IMG/VR virus record: IMGVR_UViG_3300037067_004891
Location: 357,674-421,673 of that record
Direction: 5' to 3' (one strand)
DNA length: 64,000 nucleotides
Source: a virus
Taxonomy: Duplodnaviria > Caudoviricetes
The position numbers and the translations under genes were made by a program. Below the pieces are notes generated by a model. It did no database searches. It was not told the DNA's origin and worked only from the letters and a program-made list of their open reading frames with translations. Of this stretch, positions 1 through 10,592 are shown piece by piece (the stretch's first letter is position 1; each line of letters begins with the position of its first letter).

Positions 1-1860
1 AATACAGATGCAGCAACAAAAGAATATGTAGATTTATTATCTTCGACAGAATATATTAATGTATCCAATAAAGGGATGGCTGCTATTTCAACTTCGGGTA
101 TAACTGGTGCTACAATAGCTTGTAATACGTCTATATCAGAAACACCAACAACAGGTTGTTATATTATGGTATTAATCAATAAATTACAAGTTGATGTTGG
201 AATTGGTAAAGAATGTTTTTTTTCTAATGATGGTGGAGTTACCGCAAGAGTTTCTGGTGAAGAACAATTAGGTGATTTTTTATATTGGAATACAAATATT
301 GCACCATATGATTTAGAAATAACAGATGAAATCGATTTTATTTATATTAAAAGTGAATCGGCTATATCTGGTACTACAAACACTGAAACAATTTCAAGGA
401 CTATTTATGTTAGCCCTACGGGTAATGACGGAACTGGTGATGGAAGTATATCACTACCATTTGCAACACCATTACGAGCTTTCATGAATATTAAAGAAGT
501 AATAGGAGAGAACATTGATATTACAATTAATTTTGCATCAGGTATTTACACATGGGATTGTGCTGCAATAAGAGAAGAGACAAGAAAAAAATATATAAGT
601 AAAGCTGCTGGAATAATAATAAATGGAACATCGGTCACTGATGTAAGTGGTTTAACTATAACTACAGTGGGGGGAGATACTCCTTACATATATAATGTTA
701 CGGGAGCTACTTTTACTACAAATCAATATCAGGACTATTTTATAAGTGATGAGGCAATTTGGTATCCTATTGTTAAAAATGGTACAACTACTATTAATAG
801 TAATATAGCTGCTGCTGGTCATACTCTGATAACACATAACGGGGTAACATTTAATTTAACTGATACTGATATGGGTATTATGTCTAAATGTCATTCTACT
901 GGTTCTGTCACTTTAAATATTACTAATGTAAATTTAATATCGACAGTAACAGTAAGATTAGTATTTGGTGGAGTAATAAATTTATATTTCAGTAAAATAG
1001 TAGGGGGATTCGTTACTTTTCCTTTTGAAACAGGAAGATTAAACATACGTGGTTGTGTTATTGCCACGAGTGCAGGTGGGATTATTTCAAATAATTCACT
1101 TCAAATTAGGCACACTTCAATTAGAAAAACAGGAAGTAAAGCAGGACAGGGCTTAACCTTATGTAGGTTAAATGAAAAAACAAATTTTTTGTCTGCGTAT
1201 GGCGTTTATATAAGTAATTTTGCTGTGGGGATTTATTTTGATGCAGATGGAGGAGCAAATGATATGAATCAGGGTAGTGGATCATTAATTTTAGATAATT
1301 GTACGGATGGTTTTGGTATTAGAAATAATTGTTTTATTCATTTTTCTGCTGTAGAATCAAAGGTCTATATTATAGGAGTAACTAACTTAATAAATAGAGC
1401 AGCCTCAAATCAAACAATGCTGTGTAATTATGGAGTGACAATTCAAGATTTGTATGGTACACCTACAAACTGGGCAACATCTTACATAACTGCAAATGGT
1501 TATAATAATCCTGGGCGAAATATAGCTATAAATATTGAGGGACTGTATGGGGAATTTGAATATAATAAAACTGCTACTCTGGCAAATAATTCATCTGGTA
1601 CTACTGTAATTGGTTCTACTACACAAAATAAATCGATATTTATTAAATATACGATAACAAGAGGAACTACACAAGAACAAGGCACAATATGGGTTAATAA
1701 TAAAAATGATGTTGATATTTCAATCAAATCTGAATTTGATGATTGTGGGGTTACATTCGGTAAACAAATATCAAGTACTGCAATTAATTTAACTTGGGTA
1801 ACGACAAATACAGGAACAGCAGCAACATTTAGATATGATATTGACAGAATAATGATATAA
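1..1860 (+). CDS. Virion fibre/appendage protein with probable beta-helix region (5' partial)
   Basis: The frame is open from base 1 (NTDAATKEYVD, a fibre-type motif) and in frame with the ORF called at 76. It contains the TIYVSPTGNDGTGDGS..PFAT motif that typically precedes beta-helices. Paralog of the next gene. Confidence 0.6.
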   Translation, partial: NTDAATKEYVDLLSSTEYINVSNKGMAAISTSGITGATIACNTSISETPTTGCYIMVLINKLQVDVGIGKECFFSNDGGVTARVSGEEQLGDFLYWNTNIAPYDLEITDEIDFIYIKSESAISGTTNTETISRTIYVSPTGNDGTGDGSISLPFATPLRAFMNIKEVIGENIDITINFASGIYTWDCAAIREETRKKYISKAAGIIINGTSVTDVSGLTITTVGGDTPYIYNVTGATFTTNQYQDYFISDEAIWYPIVKNGTTTINSNIAAAGHTLITHNGVTFNLTDTDMGIMSKCHSTGSVTLNITNVNLISTVTVRLVFGGVINLYFSKIVGGFVTFPFETGRLNIRGCVIATSAGGIISNNSLQIRHTSIRKTGSKAGQGLTLCRLNEKTNFLSAYGVYISNFAVGIYFDADGGANDMNQGSGSLILDNCTDGFGIRNNCFIHFSAVESKVYIIGVTNLINRAASNQTMLCNYGVTIQDLYGTPTNWATSYITANGYNNPGRNIAINIEGLYGEFEYNKTATLANNSSGTTVIGSTTQNKSIFIKYTITRGTTQEQGTIWVNNKNDVDISIKSEFDDCGVTFGKQISSTAINLTWVTTNTGTAATFRYDIDRIMI

Positions 1861-1883
1861 ATATAAAATATAAAATAACAAAA

Positions 1884-3740
1884 ATGTCAAGAATAAAAGA
1901 ACCAAGTTATAAAGTAACAACAACTAATACTGATGGTATTATATTTAATTCAACAAATGGTGGAAATATAGTATTATCAGCAACTACGGGTATTATAATA
2001 TTATCAGCACCGAGTGGTGTTACAAGCAGTGGTGATTGTAGTTTATATTATACTGATAGATCATTTGTAGATAAGGGATATGTTGATAGTAAAACAATTT
2101 CGGGTGCAACAAATATTGGAAGTGGTACTACAATATATAGTGGAATAAGTGGTCAAACATTGATATTTAATACAATTATTGGGAGTGGAAATACAACAGT
2201 TCAAAAAATTGGAAATGAGATTATAATAGCAACTGTTGATGAAATTGAAACAGTTTCAAGAACTATTTATGTAAGCACTACGGGTGATGATGAAACTGGT
2301 ACGGGATTAATAGCTGCACCTTTTAGAAATATTTTAAGAGCGTTACAAGATATAAAAGATAATGTAGAGGGGGTAACAATAACAATATCTTTAGGAGGTA
2401 TTGGTGATTTTCCTGTAACTTACGATGAAATGTATGAGTTAGCTAAAAAGACTTTTATAAATTCTATTTTAGAAATTACAGGTTCTGATTATACTACAAT
2501 TGAAAGTGGATTTACATTAACTAAGACAGCAAATAGGTGCTTTGCTTATACACTTACAAAGGCAGGTGTAACAGTAACAATTGATCAGTATAGAGATTAT
2601 TTTATTTCTACGGGTTCAGCATATTATCCTATAGCTTATAATGCTTCTGGTACAACTGCTTTTGAGGTTGAATATTTGCATGAGTCTTCGTTAACACCAA
2701 CATCAATTATTGAGTGGGGAGCAACAATTACAAATCCAGGTAATTTCACTAATTTATTAGATTTAAGTTTAAAAAATAATTCAATAATTAGTTTTAATAA
2801 TCTTAATTTTAATAATGGTACAAACGATCTTGCTATAAGTAATTCTTATAAAGAATTTAATAACATTAAATTTAGTTCGTTATCTATAAAAATAGGAGAT
2901 AATAGTGCTTATTTGTCAAGTCAAAATTTTATAAGTTGTATTTTTATAAATTCTGCTACGGTTAGTAATTTTTTCATATTAGGTAAAAAAGCAAATACTT
3001 TATTTACTCGTTGTTTAATCGAAGCTAAAATGACAACTCAAGCTGCTTTAGTATTTAACGGAAACAACATAACAAGTGTCAATAATGCTTTTTATATAAA
3101 TGGAAATAATGTAGGAACTGCAATTTATAGTAAATTAACAGCCAATAATTATTTCTCCGTATCTTATCGATTAAAAGTAAAAGGTTTTACTAATTTTTTG
3201 TCAGCACACCGAAACATGGTAATTACAGCCCAAAATAGTGCCTCTGTATTTTATACTGAATTTACTAATGTTACTAATTTATTAAGTAGTGTTCCAACAT
3301 TTGGATTAAAATTAGAATTATCTGGAATATATGGTTCATTGCCAACTAACATTATTAACGGAGTAACGTCAGGCTACATTTTTGTTGACCCTAAGAATGA
3401 TATTCACATTTCAGTTCCTGGTGTTTACGGTGAATATGAACCTTCGGTAGTTGTTACTCTCGCAAACAATTCAGGTAGTACAATTATTGTGGGTGATATA
3501 ACACAAAACAAATTTTTATATATTGACTATACTATTTCTCGTTCTGGTTTAACTGAAGGTGGTACTATATTAATGACCAATAAGACAGGTACTGATATAG
3601 TAGACAACGATGAATTCGATGATACTGGTGTAACGTTCACAAAAATAGTTGTTGGTAGTTCTATCAATTTAGGGTGGACAACAACTAATACTGGATCATC
3701 TGCCATACTAACTTTCAGTGTGAGACGAATTTTAACTTAA
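1884..3740 (+). CDS. Virion fibre/appendage protein, paralog of the upstream gene
   Basis: Shares ETxSRTIYVS..G.D.TG.G....PF and the C-terminal YGE.E...TLANNS...EFDD.GVTF.K...INL.W.TTNTG block with 1..1860. Also has a DKGYVD motif. Confidence 0.6.
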   Translation: MSRIKEPSYKVTTTNTDGIIFNSTNGGNIVLSATTGIIILSAPSGVTSSGDCSLYYTDRSFVDKGYVDSKTISGATNIGSGTTIYSGISGQTLIFNTIIGSGNTTVQKIGNEIIIATVDEIETVSRTIYVSTTGDDETGTGLIAAPFRNILRALQDIKDNVEGVTITISLGGIGDFPVTYDEMYELAKKTFINSILEITGSDYTTIESGFTLTKTANRCFAYTLTKAGVTVTIDQYRDYFISTGSAYYPIAYNASGTTAFEVEYLHESSLTPTSIIEWGATITNPGNFTNLLDLSLKNNSIISFNNLNFNNGTNDLAISNSYKEFNNIKFSSLSIKIGDNSAYLSSQNFISCIFINSATVSNFFILGKKANTLFTRCLIEAKMTTQAALVFNGNNITSVNNAFYINGNNVGTAIYSKLTANNYFSVSYRLKVKGFTNFLSAHRNMVITAQNSASVFYTEFTNVTNLLSSVPTFGLKLELSGIYGSLPTNIINGVTSGYIFVDPKNDIHISVPGVYGEYEPSVVVTLANNSGSTIIVGDITQNKFLYIDYTISRSGLTEGGTILMTNKTGTDIVDNDEFDDTGVTFTKIVVGSSINLGWTTTNTGSSAILTFSVRRILT

Positions 3741-3833
3741 TGAGAATTTTTAGTTAAAAATTGATCATATTTTTAAAGTGGTAGTTCATTAAGAAACCTT
3801 TTTATTTTTTTTTGTGTGTTAAAAATTTATGTA

Positions 3834-4167
3834 TGAACAACCGCTAAACTAAAATATTTAGTGGTATCCTCTTAAAAATTAAGAGAACTTTGATTTTTTA
3901 ATTCAAAGGCTTGTTCATAAAAGCAAACATGAGATGTTTTAAAAACATATTTAAACTCATTTTATTTTTTGATAGTCAGTCAAATTTTTAACCATAAACT
4001 GGGTTAAAACAGTAAAAATGACTTGTTTACTTTTTTGATTTACTTTGACTAAGATTTTAGTTAAAAACCAAATATATCAAAGAACTTCTTTTTTATTTAT
4101 ATATTAAAATGTTTTGGTTCTGTTTTAATTTAATTTTGAAATTCATCCACGAAGCTGGTTTTCTTTT
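3834..4167 (-). mobile_element. Degenerate non-autonomous IS200/IS605-family remnant
   Basis: The reverse complement of 3834-3868 matches the end motif at 55040-55068 (aaat.tttagtttag.ggt.gttca). 4141-4167 resembles the motif at 54670-54705. No intact ORF. Confidence 0.5.
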
Positions 4168-4250
4168 AAGAAAATATAAAAACATATTTTTTATTTAATA
4201 TATAATGTCAAATTATGTAATAAATAATTAAAAAAAAATATGTTTTTAAT

Positions 4251-6185
4251 ATGGCTCAATTATTAAAAGGTAAGCAGATTGCACAGCAAACCATAACTAT
4301 AAAAGGTGCAACTGGTAATGTTGTGGTTCAAGGTGACTTAGATATGTCCACATATAATGTGGTAATATCTGGAACACCTACTGCCAACAATCAAGCTGTT
4401 AATAAGGCTTATGTTGATGCAGTAGCACAAGGATTAATACCACATCCACCAGTAAAAGTTGTAGCACTTACAACCGTAGCATCATTAACAGGACTTACAA
4501 CAGTAGATGGATACTCTTTATCTGCTGATGATAGAGTTCTTTTAGTCAATCAAGGTGGAACAGGTGTTGGTGATTCTGATATTCAAAATGGTTTATGGTT
4601 AGCAAAAGCTGGCGCATGGTTAAGACCAACAGATGCAGATGGTACACCTGAAAACGAAGTTGCTTTAGGTGATTTTGTGTATGTTGAAACTGGTACTACT
4701 TATACATCATCAGGTTGGGTGTTAGCTGGTACTGATGGAAACTCAAATAATAATATTGAAGTTGGTATAGAAGCTCAACAATGGGTACAAGTTTCCGCAC
4801 CTGGACAATATGGTACAGATGGTGAAGGTATTGAACTCGTTGGAAACATATTTAATCTTGAATTAGATGGTTCAACTTTAAGTAAAACATCTTCTGGTAT
4901 AAGAGTTGCAGCATCAGTAATAACAGTTATTTCAAATAATCAAAGTAACACGACATCATTATCAACAGCTATTTCAAGTGAGCTTTCTACAAGAGGTACT
5001 GCGGACACATCATTATCAACAGCTATTTCTGGAAATACATCTGCTACAACATCATTATCAACAGCTATTTCAACAGAAGTGTCTACAAGAACATCTACTG
5101 ATTCAACTTTATCAACAGCTATTTCAACAGAAACTTCAACAAGAAATTCAGTTGATGTTTCATTATCAACTGCAATAAATAATAGTATTACTGGTTTAAC
5201 CAATGGCAATGGAACAACCGCAAACGGAACTGCTGTAAATTTTGGGGGAATATTATCTGATAATACCTATATAGATTTAAGTTCAAGCACAATGGAATTT
5301 TGGGGTGAATATGGGGAGATTGCAATGGGACGGGGTATATCAGAATCGGGTGATTATGATTATCTTGGGATCGATGGTCTTGGAATAAATGTAACAACTG
5401 AAAATGGACAAGGTATTAAATATGTAGCAGATTATTCTAAAACATTACTTGATAATTCATTAGTTAATAAAGGATTTGTGACAGGTTACACATCAGGTAT
5501 GACTTTAAATATATCTTCTTTATCAACAGCTATTTCAACTGAAGCTTCAACAAGAACTTCTACTGATTCAACCTTATCGACAACTATTTCAACTGAAGCA
5601 TCTACAAGAACATCTGCTGATACATCTTTAGCTACTGGTATTTCAACTACTGTTTCAACAGAAGCCTCTATAAGAGCATCAGCCGATACTTCGTTAAGTA
5701 CTGAAATTGCTGCTATTACTTCTGGTTCTACTGCTGGTGTTGATTCATTATCAACAGCATTATCGAATGAAATATCTACAAGAGGTACTGCTGACACATC
5801 ATTATCAACAACTATTTCAACTGAAGCATCTACAAGAACATCTGCTGATTCTTCATTAGCAACAGCAATCAGTAATATTCAAGCTCCAAGTTATTTCGAG
5901 CAGTTATTAACTCCAGCAATAAGTGGTTCTTCAACTGCTGTAAATATTGGTACTGCTTTTGCTCACGGTGTAACTGGTGGGGTAATTGATGAATCTACTG
6001 TTATAGTATTCTTTAACGGCATTGAATATACCTTCGAATATGTACAAGGTTCACCTGCTGTATTCCATACAAACGGTGTCACACCTACATCTGCTGGAAC
6101 TCCATTATATTTTGATGGTGTAGAAGCTGGTTTCGCAATCGAAACAACTGATGACGTTAAAATTAAATATGTAGTAACTACATAA
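4251..6185 (+). CDS. Ser/Thr-rich phage fibre protein with SLST coiled-coil repeats
   Basis: AVNKAYVD motif and a phage tail-type domain (VDGYSLSADDRVLLVNQ...QNGLW...W.RPTDAD...YVETGT), followed by ~18-aa STEASTRTSADTSLSTAI repeats. Confidence 0.75.
   Translation: MAQLLKGKQIAQQTITIKGATGNVVVQGDLDMSTYNVVISGTPTANNQAVNKAYVDAVAQGLIPHPPVKVVALTTVASLTGLTTVDGYSLSADDRVLLVNQGGTGVGDSDIQNGLWLAKAGAWLRPTDADGTPENEVALGDFVYVETGTTYTSSGWVLAGTDGNSNNNIEVGIEAQQWVQVSAPGQYGTDGEGIELVGNIFNLELDGSTLSKTSSGIRVAASVITVISNNQSNTTSLSTAISSELSTRGTADTSLSTAISGNTSATTSLSTAISTEVSTRTSTDSTLSTAISTETSTRNSVDVSLSTAINNSITGLTNGNGTTANGTAVNFGGILSDNTYIDLSSSTMEFWGEYGEIAMGRGISESGDYDYLGIDGLGINVTTENGQGIKYVADYSKTLLDNSLVNKGFVTGYTSGMTLNISSLSTAISTEASTRTSTDSTLSTTISTEASTRTSADTSLATGISTTVSTEASIRASADTSLSTEIAAITSGSTAGVDSLSTALSNEISTRGTADTSLSTTISTEASTRTSADSSLATAISNIQAPSYFEQLLTPAISGSSTAVNIGTAFAHGVTGGVIDESTVIVFFNGIEYTFEYVQGSPAVFHTNGVTPTSAGTPLYFDGVEAGFAIETTDDVKIKYVVTT
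4950..5875 (+). repeat. Intragenic ~54-bp repeats (tcattatcaacagctatttcaac...) in two blocks
   Basis: Repeated SLSTAISTExSTR units are visible in both DNA and protein. The same unit recurs at ~39360-39545. Confidence 0.85.
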
Positions 6186-6222
6186 TTATTTATAATATTT
6201 TAAAATTGTTATAACGTTTAAC

Positions 6223-6265
6223 AAAAACTGCTTATCTGCTAACTAATGTGGATAAGCAGTTTTTT
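6223..6265 (+). terminator. Intrinsic terminator, possibly bidirectional
   Basis: aaaaactgcttatc-loop-gataagcagtttttt hairpin with A and T tails, located after the fibre gene. Confidence 0.75.
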
Positions 6266-6348
6266 ATACAGATAATGTCCTAATTATTTAGTGATGAACC
6301 CAAAACATTTTAATAAATACATTAAAATTAAAAAATGATTTTTTATTT

Positions 6349-7980
6349 ATGGAATCAAAATTAAATATTGGAATAACAATTTTTTTACATGAAGAAAATC
6401 AAAGTGTATGGACTAATGGTATATTACAAAATGCGATTTTTTTGACAAAAACATTTCAAAATTCAATTCAAAATTATAACGTATATCTTGTCAATATGAG
6501 TAATATTAATATTACAAATAAATTAGGTTGGAATATAGAAAAATATAAAACGGTTCAATTTGATGAAATAAAAGATAAATTAGATATTATTTTTCCACTT
6601 GGTGGGTCTATTGATAAACCAACTACTGAATATTTGAGGAATAGAGGATGTAAAGTTGTACCATATAAATGTGGTAATGAATATATTATTAGTATGGAAA
6701 ATATAATTTTTAACAGACAAGATATAGTTAAAGATTATCCAGAAGTTGATCAAGTTTGGAATATTCCACAAATGGAAAATACTAATCACCATTATTGGAG
6801 AATTTTACACAATGCCGAAACTATTACTATACCATTCGTCTGGAATTCTATGTTTTTAGACCAACATATCGATGAATTAAAAAGACAAGGAAAAAATCCT
6901 TATTATACACCAAGTAAACTAAGTAAAAAAATTTCGATTTTCGAACCTAATATAAATGTTTATAAATTTTTAATGTATCCAATGTTAATTATAGAAGATG
7001 CATATAGAGAATATCCCGAACTGTTTCATAGTGTGAAAGTTACAAACACACAGAAAGTTAGATTAACTAAAGAACTTAGTTCTATCATGAATCATTTAAG
7101 CATAGTTAAAGATAAAAAAACAACATTTGAGAATCGATTTCCGATTACTTGGTTTTTAACTGAACATACGGATGTTGTGGTTTCTCATCAATGGGAAAAC
7201 GCTTTAAATTATGCATATCTGGATGCCATATATTTAGGTTACCCGTTGGTTCATAATGCACATCTTTGTAAAGAATGCGGGTATTATTATGAAGGTTTTG
7301 ATGTAAATGAAGGAAAAGATAAACTTATTTATGCTTTAACTGAACATGATAATAATTTGGAAGAATATGCTGAAAAAAATAAAAAAATTTTAGAAAAATA
7401 TTCATCTGATAATATTGAGAATGTTAAAAAATATGATGAATTGATTAATAATATAATGGGTTCTAAATCTCTTGCCGAAAAATTTGTACCTACCAGTTAT
7501 GGTGCGTTTAAATCGGAAATAAAAGATTATGTTTTAGATAAATATGATAAAGAGGCTAAGATATTAGATGTTGGTGCTGGATGTGGTACATATGCTAATA
7601 TTTTAAAAGAATATAAAAATATTGATGCTATTGAAATTTATAAACCATATATTAAAAAATATGATTTAAAAAAGAAATATAAAAATATATTTAACTTAAA
7701 TATTATTGATTTTGAATTTAATTTTTATGATATAATTATATTAGGTGATGTTTTAGAACACTTAGAAATAGAAGATGCCCAAAAATTAATAAATAAATTA
7801 TATAATAAATGTGAAGATTTAATAATAAGTGTTCCATATCTTATGATACAACATGGTCTTGAAAATAAACATGAAGATCACATTCAAGATGATTTAACAG
7901 AAGAAATAATGGAAACAAGATATCCTAATTTAAAGAAAATGTGGAGCAATAATACAATTGCTATTTATTTTAAAAAATAA
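6349..7980 (+). CDS. DUF2827-like (putative glycosyltransferase) fused to a C-terminal SAM methyltransferase
   Basis: Motifs WTNGILQN, FEPNINVYK and VVVSHQWENALNYAYLDA..LGYPLVHN. C-terminal ILDVGAGCG and DVLEHL. Confidence 0.7.
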   Translation: MESKLNIGITIFLHEENQSVWTNGILQNAIFLTKTFQNSIQNYNVYLVNMSNINITNKLGWNIEKYKTVQFDEIKDKLDIIFPLGGSIDKPTTEYLRNRGCKVVPYKCGNEYIISMENIIFNRQDIVKDYPEVDQVWNIPQMENTNHHYWRILHNAETITIPFVWNSMFLDQHIDELKRQGKNPYYTPSKLSKKISIFEPNINVYKFLMYPMLIIEDAYREYPELFHSVKVTNTQKVRLTKELSSIMNHLSIVKDKKTTFENRFPITWFLTEHTDVVVSHQWENALNYAYLDAIYLGYPLVHNAHLCKECGYYYEGFDVNEGKDKLIYALTEHDNNLEEYAEKNKKILEKYSSDNIENVKKYDELINNIMGSKSLAEKFVPTSYGAFKSEIKDYVLDKYDKEAKILDVGAGCGTYANILKEYKNIDAIEIYKPYIKKYDLKKKYKNIFNLNIIDFEFNFYDIIILGDVLEHLEIEDAQKLINKLYNKCEDLIISVPYLMIQHGLENKHEDHIQDDLTEEIMETRYPNLKKMWSNNTIAIYFKK

Positions 7981-7989
7981 AATATTAGA

Positions 7990-9099
7990 ATGACAAATAT
8001 CGCTATTACAATAGGTGTCAAAGAAGATAATGAGAATTTATGGATTAATGGTATAAAATTAAATGCTCTATACTTAGCCAAATTACTTAAAAATATTGGA
8101 AAATATAATGTGTTCTTCGCTAATACAACAAGTAAAGATATAACAAAATATGATTTTGATACAAAAGAATTTCCAGTATACCATATATCTGAGGTAAAAA
8201 ACGATATCGATATATTAATATCCCTTGGTGGTCAGATAGATCATGATATGACCATGTTTTTGAAAAATAAAAAAACAAAAATTGTATCTTATAAGTGTGG
8301 TGATGAATATGTAATTCGAATGGAAAATGTTTTGTTTAATCAAGATGTCGGTAACATAAAGATATGGTGTAACCCCGATTATGATGAAATATGGACAGTT
8401 CCACAGATATATGAACATAATTATTATTATTTTAAACGGTTTCATAAAAACAAAAATTTAAAAACTGTTCCATTTATATGGAATTCGTTTATAATTGATG
8501 ATCTGGTTCAGAAAATGGATAATAAACCTATTTATAAACCATCAGACAAACCAAAATCATTGGCTATTTTAGAACCAAACCAAAATGTTTTAAAATATGC
8601 TATGTATCCAATTTTGATTGCTGATGAAGCATATGAAAAAAACCCCGAATTAATTGAAAAATTATATGTAACAAATACATCCAAAATAAGAACAAATAAA
8701 GTTTTTATTGAATATATGAATCATCTGAAAATTGTTCAAGATAAAAAAGCTACTTTTGAAGATAGATTTTCTACCGTTGATTTCTTAGCTAATTATGCTG
8801 ATATTGTAATAAGTCATCAGTGGGATAATGTTTTAAATTATTTTTATTTGGATGTTGCATATCTTGGACATGCTATATTACACAATGCACCAATGTGTAA
8901 AAATATTGGTTATTATTACAATAGGTTCGATGGTGATAACGCAGCTAAAAAATTATCATGGATTCTTAAAAATCATGATAAAAATTTGGATAATTATAAT
9001 GAAGTAAATAAAAAAATATTATTCTCATATGATGCTGATAATGAAATCAATATCAACACTTATGATAATTTATTAAAAACGCTCATTAAAAAATATTAA
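7990..9099 (+). CDS. DUF2827-like protein (putative glycosyltransferase)
   Basis: Paralog of the N-terminal part of the upstream gene: WINGI, LEPNQNVLK, SHQWDNVLNYFYLD, HNA. Confidence 0.7.
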   Translation: MTNIAITIGVKEDNENLWINGIKLNALYLAKLLKNIGKYNVFFANTTSKDITKYDFDTKEFPVYHISEVKNDIDILISLGGQIDHDMTMFLKNKKTKIVSYKCGDEYVIRMENVLFNQDVGNIKIWCNPDYDEIWTVPQIYEHNYYYFKRFHKNKNLKTVPFIWNSFIIDDLVQKMDNKPIYKPSDKPKSLAILEPNQNVLKYAMYPILIADEAYEKNPELIEKLYVTNTSKIRTNKVFIEYMNHLKIVQDKKATFEDRFSTVDFLANYADIVISHQWDNVLNYFYLDVAYLGHAILHNAPMCKNIGYYYNRFDGDNAAKKLSWILKNHDKNLDNYNEVNKKILFSYDADNEININTYDNLLKTLIKKY

Positions 9100-9105
9100 A
9101 CTTAA

Positions 9106-9912
9106 ATGAAAGATGGTATATCAATTGTGATGGCTTATCATAATAGGAGAGAACAATTAATTAGAACTTTAAATTCTATTAATGAAACTAAATATGATAA
9201 ATCGAAATTAGAAATTATTATCATTAACGATAATAGTTTAGAACAACATTCGATAGATGATTTACTATCTTTATTTAATAGTTTGAAAATTCGGATTTTC
9301 AATATTAAGAAAGAACAGAAGAAATGGACATGTTCATGTGTGCCATATAATATAGGATTTAATAACGTTCAATATAATAAAATACTTTTTCAAAACCCTG
9401 AGTGTTATCATATAGGAGATATCTTATCGGACATTAATTTAAATTTATCCAATAATAATTATATACCATATGCGTGTTATTCCATAGGTGAAAAGGAATA
9501 TATAGATAATGATTATAATAATTTAGTTTATGAACACGTTCAACCAACTCATGCATGTTCCAACGGGTGGTATAATCATTCTAAAATAAATTCAAAATGT
9601 TATCATTTCGCTTCTGCAATAACTACTGATAATTTATACAAAATAGGTGGGTTCGATGAAGATTATAAAGATGGTATTGCTTTCGATGATAATGAGATAT
9701 TAAGAAGAATTAGGTTGTTGGGTCTAAATATAAATATTATAGATTATCCATATGTTATCCATCAGTGGCACGATAGTGTTTATCATTTCAATGCATTGAC
9801 ATCTGAAGATGAAAAAAAGAAAATTATGGAATTATTTTATAAAAATCAGAATTTATATGATAATGGTGTTTTAACATATAAAGCAAAAAACAATTTTTAT
9901 TTTAATCCGTGA
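9106..9912 (+). CDS. Glycosyltransferase family 2
   Basis: ISIVMAYHNR, IINDNS, QNPEC, GGFDEDY...DDNE, HQWH. Confidence 0.8.
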   Translation: MKDGISIVMAYHNRREQLIRTLNSINETKYDKSKLEIIIINDNSLEQHSIDDLLSLFNSLKIRIFNIKKEQKKWTCSCVPYNIGFNNVQYNKILFQNPECYHIGDILSDINLNLSNNNYIPYACYSIGEKEYIDNDYNNLVYEHVQPTHACSNGWYNHSKINSKCYHFASAITTDNLYKIGGFDEDYKDGIAFDDNEILRRIRLLGLNINIIDYPYVIHQWHDSVYHFNALTSEDEKKKIMELFYKNQNLYDNGVLTYKAKNNFYFNP

Positions 9913-10592
9913 ATAATCAAAAAATAAAATATATTCAACTATATGCTGAACGACACACTGGTTCAAAATGGTTTGAAGATTGTATTAAACAATATTTGGT
10001 TATTCATAGTTATTTATTTCATTTAGGTTGGAAACATTTCTTTCCAGATATTTATACTATTGATAAAACATATTTAGATGAATATCTTTTCATAGTATTG
10101 AGTCGAAACCCATATGATTGGACAAAATCTATGAATGAAAACCCATATCATGCACATATTTCTCTTAGAAATAAACCGTTAAATGATTTTATTAAAATGC
10201 CTTGGATTAGTGTACATGAAAAGAAGTTGAATAAAGAAAATGATTTATATCAGGAAAAAGAAATGTATTTTGAGAGAAATCCTCAAACATTATTACCATT
10301 TACAAATATAATAGAAATGAGGAATATGAAAAATCAATATTTTATAAATTTAAAAAATATAGTTTCAAATATCAAAATTATTAGATATGAAGACATATGC
10401 ACTGATATTGTAAAGATAATGAGTGATATATCTGATGAATTTAAAATATATAAAACAAATCGAAGAACAACTTATAATTCAATACCAAAAATGAGAAAAG
10501 AAATTGATGAGGATTCTTTAGATTTTATAAATAAAAATATTAACTGGGAAGTTGAAAAATTTTTAGGATATGAAAAAAGAATTATTAATTAA
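9909..10592 (+). CDS. Sulfotransferase-like protein
   Basis: ERHTGSKW (5'-PSB-like), SRNPYDW and IRYED motifs. Confidence 0.5.
   Translation: MNNQKIKYIQLYAERHTGSKWFEDCIKQYLVIHSYLFHLGWKHFFPDIYTIDKTYLDEYLFIVLSRNPYDWTKSMNENPYHAHISLRNKPLNDFIKMPWISVHEKKLNKENDLYQEKEMYFERNPQTLLPFTNIIEMRNMKNQYFINLKNIVSNIKIIRYEDICTDIVKIMSDISDEFKIYKTNRRTTYNSIPKMRKEIDEDSLDFINKNINWEVEKFLGYEKRIIN

Noticed and set aside
4940-5797. Minus-strand ORFs over the SLST repeats, and other short antisense ORFs in the track
   Set aside because: They are shadows of real genes on the opposite strand.
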